Positions 59,384-64,000 of a DNA stretch of 64,000 bases are shown piece after piece. Where the stretch lies: IMG/VR virus record IMGVR_UViG_3300020601_000005; one strand, written 5' to 3'. The position numbers were made by a program, and so were the translations under genes. The notes below the pieces were generated by a model that worked only from the letters and a program-made list of their open reading frames with translations, was not told the origin of the DNA and did not search any database. Source of the DNA: a virus. Within the stretch, counting starts at the first letter, position 1, and each line of letters starts with the position of its first letter.

Positions 59384-60531
59384 ACATTGAACCAACCAAA
59401 CATTATGAAGAGTATCTGCGATACTTTGAGTTAGCCACTAAACAACAAGAACTTTGTAACTTTGGTTGGTTACCTCATAGTGAGTCGAACATGGGTGATA
59501 GCCTAATGGAAAACGTTGAGCTATACGATGTGGTAGAACGTAAGTACGCAGGATTCTCTCAGATCATCAACGATTGCTTTTACGGTTGGACTGAAGAACA
59601 CCCATACTGGAAAAAGATGGAAAGTGGCAATGCCACCATCCAACGTCAAATTGTTGCTAAAGACTGGACTGGAAAACATTCAGACTTTAAATTGGCGGAA
59701 TGGCTCTATCTATTCATTTTACATCGTGTAACTGGTTCTGCAATTAACTACGCAACTAAACCATCAGGCTATCATAATACTATTATTTTCCATCTTCATG
59801 AATGTCGGACCATTGAAGATATGACGAGGATCGTGAGGATCTATCACAAGCCTTTCTATACTTCGGTTGGATACCAGTTTCCGGCATTCCCTAAACCACC
59901 AGAAGGTGGTGATTACAAACGAGGCGGTGATTACTACCTCTGTGAATATGCTCCACGACTTGCACGTGAAATGGCTGAATGGTTGGAAAAAGGTGGTAAG
60001 CGAGATCTACGTGAACTAGGTGGGTTTATGCTCGATTGGAATAAGAAGAATGGTTTGCGCCAATACTTCTTTCAGTACGCAGCAACAGTTGCAGATATTG
60101 CCGATTGGTTCCCTCAGTATGTAAATCGCGACTCTATGTTCTACTACGGAACCAATGCTCGTGAATGTATTTCTTATTTGGCAACTCCAACCAAGAAGAT
60201 GAATCAGGACCAATTCCTTGATGAGGTCATGCAACAAATCTACTTGGATACAGGATCGTTTCCATATAATGCAGAAGACGTGTGTTGTGATTACATCCGA
60301 TGGGTAGAGAACTATATTCGACCTGGAGCAGCGTATAACCATTTGGACTTTGATAAGGTGTGGTCTTCATGCAAGATTAAAGATCATCCATTTGGTAGAC
60401 AAGAGGCTATGTTACAATTAGGATTGGTAGATACATTCAATGGTATCACTAAACACCCATCCGATGATTATATTATTAAGAAGGCCGGTTTAACGGTAGA
60501 AGAATACAAAGCAAAATGTCAAAGCCTGTAA
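59380..60531 (+). CDS. Divergent amino-acid:DNA transferase / aGPT-pyrophosphorylase-like protein
   Basis: Collinear motifs GDSLM..V.LYDVV.R, LHRVTGS, FFQY..TVADI, YGTNA..CI and NAEDVCCDYIRW parallel the family pattern DDPIL..F.N..R, R.FN, F.AY...DL, GPGA..GL, E..LCE..KY as recalled. Confidence 0.55.
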   Translation: MNIEPTKHYEEYLRYFELATKQQELCNFGWLPHSESNMGDSLMENVELYDVVERKYAGFSQIINDCFYGWTEEHPYWKKMESGNATIQRQIVAKDWTGKHSDFKLAEWLYLFILHRVTGSAINYATKPSGYHNTIIFHLHECRTIEDMTRIVRIYHKPFYTSVGYQFPAFPKPPEGGDYKRGGDYYLCEYAPRLAREMAEWLEKGGKRDLRELGGFMLDWNKKNGLRQYFFQYAATVADIADWFPQYVNRDSMFYYGTNARECISYLATPTKKMNQDQFLDEVMQQIYLDTGSFPYNAEDVCCDYIRWVENYIRPGAAYNHLDFDKVWSSCKIKDHPFGRQEAMLQLGLVDTFNGITKHPSDDYIIKKAGLTVEEYKAKCQSL

Positions 60532-61511
60532 TTACAAATCCTATTAGCAATATTCCCAAGCTTGCAAACTCCCACGTACGGGGATGGTCACAGGTGTGGG
60601 CGGAACAGCTTAACGCTGAAGTGGATCATAAGTGTTCCACCAACATACTTAACGGATCGTTAGTGTACATCGAGCATGGTGTAAACTTTGGTGGAACACT
60701 TAATCTATTTGGCGGTGCGGGCCAAGATATTTTTGAGAAAATCGATCGTGTTATGCAATGTAAGAATGTTGTATCACTAGATTTCGACATGCCCAATTGG
60801 GGTGAACAACTGCGTAAACGTATCGGAAATGCAACTACATATGATGGAATCACTGAAAAGTGGTGTGATATGCTATCTAGTTGGTGTACATCAAACGTAC
60901 CATCTCTAAAGCAAGAAAATATCGATTGGCTCAATGACATTTCGGTGGGTGACAGTCATACTCCTGCTTTTTCTCAGGCAAATGATGTGGTGTTACGTAC
61001 TAACGGCAAAACATTGTTTGGTACATTAAAGAACGGTCTTAAGAATGAATTCCGTGGAATGACACCTAAAGGACAGATCACATTTAGTCTTGGTTCCATT
61101 GATATCCGTCATCACTTGCTTCGTCATGACGATAATCTAGATAATATGATATCAGAGTATGTTGCACAAGGCCAGGAACTTGAGCGTGAATATGGGGTGG
61201 ATGTATATTACGGAGCACCAGTGCCTGTCGAATATGAGGATAGGAAGCTTCCTAAGTCTGGATATTTCAAAGGTACTCCATTTTTTGGATCACGTGATGA
61301 TCGGATCCGACTTACGCTTAGGTTTATTGAACTACTAAATACACATAGTGGAAACAAGGTTATAATGCCCCCAGAGGAGTGGTACCATATGGATGGTGAG
61401 AAGTATGCCAAGATGCATATGGAAGCCAGTTCTAGTGTTCATATATCGCCAGAGTATTATAGGCGATATAATTGGGGCAAACAAGACTCCCTCGAGGGGT
61501 TTTTCAATTAA
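60516..61511 (+). CDS. Two-domain protein: BGT-like N-terminal domain plus SGNH-like domain (putative DNA-base acyltransferase/esterase)
   Basis: GTLNLFGG...VVSLDFDMP in the N-terminal half; VGDSH, LGSIDIRH and SSVHI in the C-terminal half. Confidence 0.45.
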   Translation: MSKPVITNPISNIPKLANSHVRGWSQVWAEQLNAEVDHKCSTNILNGSLVYIEHGVNFGGTLNLFGGAGQDIFEKIDRVMQCKNVVSLDFDMPNWGEQLRKRIGNATTYDGITEKWCDMLSSWCTSNVPSLKQENIDWLNDISVGDSHTPAFSQANDVVLRTNGKTLFGTLKNGLKNEFRGMTPKGQITFSLGSIDIRHHLLRHDDNLDNMISEYVAQGQELEREYGVDVYYGAPVPVEYEDRKLPKSGYFKGTPFFGSRDDRIRLTLRFIELLNTHSGNKVIMPPEEWYHMDGEKYAKMHMEASSSVHISPEYYRRYNWGKQDSLEGFFN

Positions 61512-61515
61512 ACTC

Positions 61516-61539
61516 AGGGACCACTAGGTCCCTTTTTTT
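61516..61539 (+). terminator. Intrinsic terminator closing the modification operon
   Basis: AGGGACC-ACTA-GGTCCCT followed by a T run. Confidence 0.88.
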
Positions 61540-61546
61540 ATAAATA
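61539..61546 (+). promoter_or_regulatory. Late promoter TATAAATA
   Basis: Exact consensus immediately after the terminator. Confidence 0.75.
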
Positions 61547-61572
61547 GAATATAGTTATTATCGGAGTAATAT

Positions 61573-62316
61573 ATGGCCGCTCAACAAGGCTTCCAATACG
61601 AAATAAATGCAAGTAATATGCTTAAACCAATGGGCTTCGTGCCTAAATCGTTTAAGCCTGCAGGCGCTGGTCATGACCAGCCTGACTTAATGCTCTTGCA
61701 TAAAAAGAAAGAAGCCGGGTGTGAGCTTAAGATTACTGCTGCATCAGCAGGTTCATTGGTCATAAAATACGATTCTAAAGATAAGAGAAACCCTTGGAAG
61801 TTCGGTGATATTAAAGCCGACGAGGATGAGAAAAGGTTCATTGCTGATCTTGCTAAAGAGGTTAAGTTGTTTGACCTTATCAAAAAGCAATGGAAAGAAA
61901 AACCGTATAAAAGAGATAAAGACGTTGAATGGAATGCAACTGCTGGTAAGATGACTCCTAAACAAAGATATGAAAGAGATCGTGATACCTTTGCCGATAT
62001 CCGTGGTGAAATTCCTGCAACGAAAATAGAGCAGTATTATAATCGTAAAGATACACACTATGTCAATGTTGGCACGCATGGTTTCTATTTAATGGGAAAG
62101 GCAAACCCTCTGAAATTAAAAGGTGTTCCTACATTCGGTGCTTCTGCAAAGGCTACGTATAGAGCCCGTGTTCAATACAAGGGCTCTGGAAATTATCAGT
62201 TTACGTTTGAAATGCAATTTAGTATGAAATCTAAATCTCCATACAACATTGCTCCAGTTGATGGAAAGAGCGTTACTATTTTAAAAGATAAATTAAACCT
62301 GGGATGTTTTGTATAA
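61573..62316 (+). CDS. Restriction-endonuclease-like PD-(D/E)xK protein
   Basis: GFQYE helix, QPDLML, GCELK; Lys-rich. Confidence 0.65.
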   Translation: MAAQQGFQYEINASNMLKPMGFVPKSFKPAGAGHDQPDLMLLHKKKEAGCELKITAASAGSLVIKYDSKDKRNPWKFGDIKADEDEKRFIADLAKEVKLFDLIKKQWKEKPYKRDKDVEWNATAGKMTPKQRYERDRDTFADIRGEIPATKIEQYYNRKDTHYVNVGTHGFYLMGKANPLKLKGVPTFGASAKATYRARVQYKGSGNYQFTFEMQFSMKSKSPYNIAPVDGKSVTILKDKLNLGCFV

Positions 62317-63267
62317 ATGAAAAACTTTATAGACTTTTTAACTGAAGCCTCTGGTAGTTCTTCTAATGAACACTTTGGCGTTGCATATGAAACTGCAACA
62401 GCGATGCATTTGCATCATATGACTGGTTCTAAGACTAACAACGATCCAGAACATAAAAAACGAATGCAAGAGATTGGATCGAAGGGTAAAGCTGCTTTTG
62501 ACAAGCTTCCTGATCATCTAAAGAGTCGTGCTTTGCAATCAGCTAAAGCATCCGCCGAGTCTTATATTGAAAGTCTTAAAAAGAATCACAAGATTAATCC
62601 TGCTGATATTCATGAAGTTCATCATACTTCAAAGGGAATCGATCATTTGATTAATGCTAAAGCTGATCGTATTCAAAACCCGCATGACGTTGTTGTTAAG
62701 ACTAAAGATGGAAAACTACATGGAGCGTCTTTAAAGGCAACGCAAGGTACTCTAAGTAATAACGGTATCGGTACTTTCGACAGTCAGAATAAAGGTCATA
62801 TTAAAACTGAGGTTGGCTCTATATGGGCAAAAGGTAAAAAGAAAGCCGGCTTAGAAGGCAAGAGCGGAGCAGAAATTAAAGCCGTACGTAATGATCCTAA
62901 AGTAAAAGCTGCAAATAAAGAAACACAGGCAGAGGCTGCAGCACACCATAGTAAACAGTTCAACAAGGCTTCTATTGAAGATCAACGTAAGCATCTACGT
63001 TATATTATGAAATCTGAAAAACCTGCAGTACCATATGACTACGTCAATGGAGAAAAGAACAAGTCAGTTCCTAGCCATCAACTTGATCACGCTCAAGCTA
63101 TTGAGAAGTCTAAGAAGTTTGAAATGCGTCATACCGCCGGAAGTAATCTAGTTAAGATCCACGACGACGAAGGTAGACACGTGGCAACAGTTGAACACAG
63201 ACCGACTCATGGTGCATTCTCTGGAGTACAAGTTAATACTAAAATTGGTACTATGAAGGCAAGTTAA
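62317..63267 (+). CDS. Basic PD-(D/E)xK-like protein with capsid-targeting-like N-terminus
   Basis: MKNFIDFLTE leader; GVAYE, NPHDVVV, GASLK (SLK variant). Confidence 0.55.
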   Translation: MKNFIDFLTEASGSSSNEHFGVAYETATAMHLHHMTGSKTNNDPEHKKRMQEIGSKGKAAFDKLPDHLKSRALQSAKASAESYIESLKKNHKINPADIHEVHHTSKGIDHLINAKADRIQNPHDVVVKTKDGKLHGASLKATQGTLSNNGIGTFDSQNKGHIKTEVGSIWAKGKKKAGLEGKSGAEIKAVRNDPKVKAANKETQAEAAAHHSKQFNKASIEDQRKHLRYIMKSEKPAVPYDYVNGEKNKSVPSHQLDHAQAIEKSKKFEMRHTAGSNLVKIHDDEGRHVATVEHRPTHGAFSGVQVNTKIGTMKAS

Positions 63268-63311
63268 TACTTTAGTATTATATGTACAACAAATCGAAGA
63301 TATGGTATAAT
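63265..63311 (+). promoter_or_regulatory. Early promoter TAATACTTTAGTA...TGTACA-17-TATAAT
   Basis: Same family as 57028-57074; TGn-extended -10. Confidence 0.75.
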
Positions 63312-63319
63312 ATTAATAT

Positions 63320-64000
63320 ATGTTAAAGCTTAAAGAATTCATCGCCGAAGAAAAGAACACCCACATGGAACACGTTGAGGATATGATCTTCAATGAAGGA
63401 GTTGAGGGTGCACGTAAATCTATTTTATTCTTACGCGATCTTCGCGACATGTTAGCCGGCAGTTCTACATCTAAAGTTACTGCAACGGTAAAATGGGATG
63501 GTGCTCCGGCCGTTTTTGCTGGCGTAGATCCAAGAGATGGTAAATTCTTTGTTGCAAAGAAAGGCGTATTCAATAAATCGCCTAAGGTATATAAGACTGC
63601 GGCAGAAATTGATGCAGATACTTCGGGAGATCTTGCGGCAAAATTAAAGATCGCATTGATAGAATTCTCAAAGTTGGGCGTAAAAGAAGGTGTGTTCCAA
63701 GGTGATTTGATGTTCACCAAGAACGATCTTAAGAAAGAAAATATCGATGGACAGGATTATATAACCTTCCATCCAAATACTATTGTCTATGCTGTTCCGT
63801 ATAATAGTGAACTAGGCAAGAAGATTAGAGGTTCAAAGATCGGTGTTGTTTGGCATACGACGTATTCCGGAAAAACATTCGAGACTATGAAAGCAAGTTT
63901 TGGTAAAACTATAGTTGACAAGTTAAACGAGGTCCAATCCGTTTGGATGGACGATGCTAATTATAGAGATTATTCTGGCACAGCGACGTTCACGAAAGCT
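63320..64000 (+). CDS. DUF6267-like protein with ligase-type KxDG motif, 3'-truncated (not in ORF track)
   Basis: MLKLKEFIAEEKNTHMEHVED...TVKWDGAPAVFAG.DP.DGKFFVAKKG...FQGDLMF; frame appears open to the window end. Confidence 0.75.
   Translation, partial: MLKLKEFIAEEKNTHMEHVEDMIFNEGVEGARKSILFLRDLRDMLAGSSTSKVTATVKWDGAPAVFAGVDPRDGKFFVAKKGVFNKSPKVYKTAAEIDADTSGDLAAKLKIALIEFSKLGVKEGVFQGDLMFTKNDLKKENIDGQDYITFHPNTIVYAVPYNSELGKKIRGSKIGVVWHTTYSGKTFETMKASFGKTIVDKLNEVQSVWMDDANYRDYSGTATFTKA

Noticed and set aside
1032-63720. Minus-strand and nested short ORFs in the track (e.g. 9713-10189, 10957-11406, 49688-50071, 63313-63720)
   Set aside because: They are shadows of well-supported + strand genes, with no RBS or recognisable motifs; 63313-63720 is antisense to the real ORF starting at 63320.

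Overview
64 kb of a T4-like myovirus genome (probably aquatic, proteobacterial host not determinable); essentially all real genes are on the + strand. 1-20.8 kb: accessory virion fibre/adhesin region, including five tandem paralogues with a constant N-terminus and swapped C-terminal domains (FG-GAP propellers, LamG). 20.9-34.9 kb: neck, terminase, tail and head block (gp13, 14, 15, 17-23, gp3; no gp16 at its usual position). 35-55.4 kb: uvsY, uvsW, gp55, gp47/46, CobT/CobS-like pair, gp45/44/62, regA, hsp20, gp43, uvsX, gp41. 55.6-64 kb: MazG-like pyrophosphatase, AEP-type primase-like gene and a base-modification cluster. Best candidate for a new system: a T4 gp42-type dCMP hydroxymethylase with no recognisable full-length glucosyltransferase in the window, linked instead to a divergent amino-acid:DNA transferase-like protein and an apparent BGT-N/SGNH fusion, flanked by PD-(D/E)xK nucleases. 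Other highlights: domain-swap junction repeats and a scar in the fibre array, a structured hsp20 leader ending in a ROSE-like thermometer hairpin, and a 31-nt element repeated after gp15 and gp3. Family assignments come from motif recognition by eye; no searches were run.
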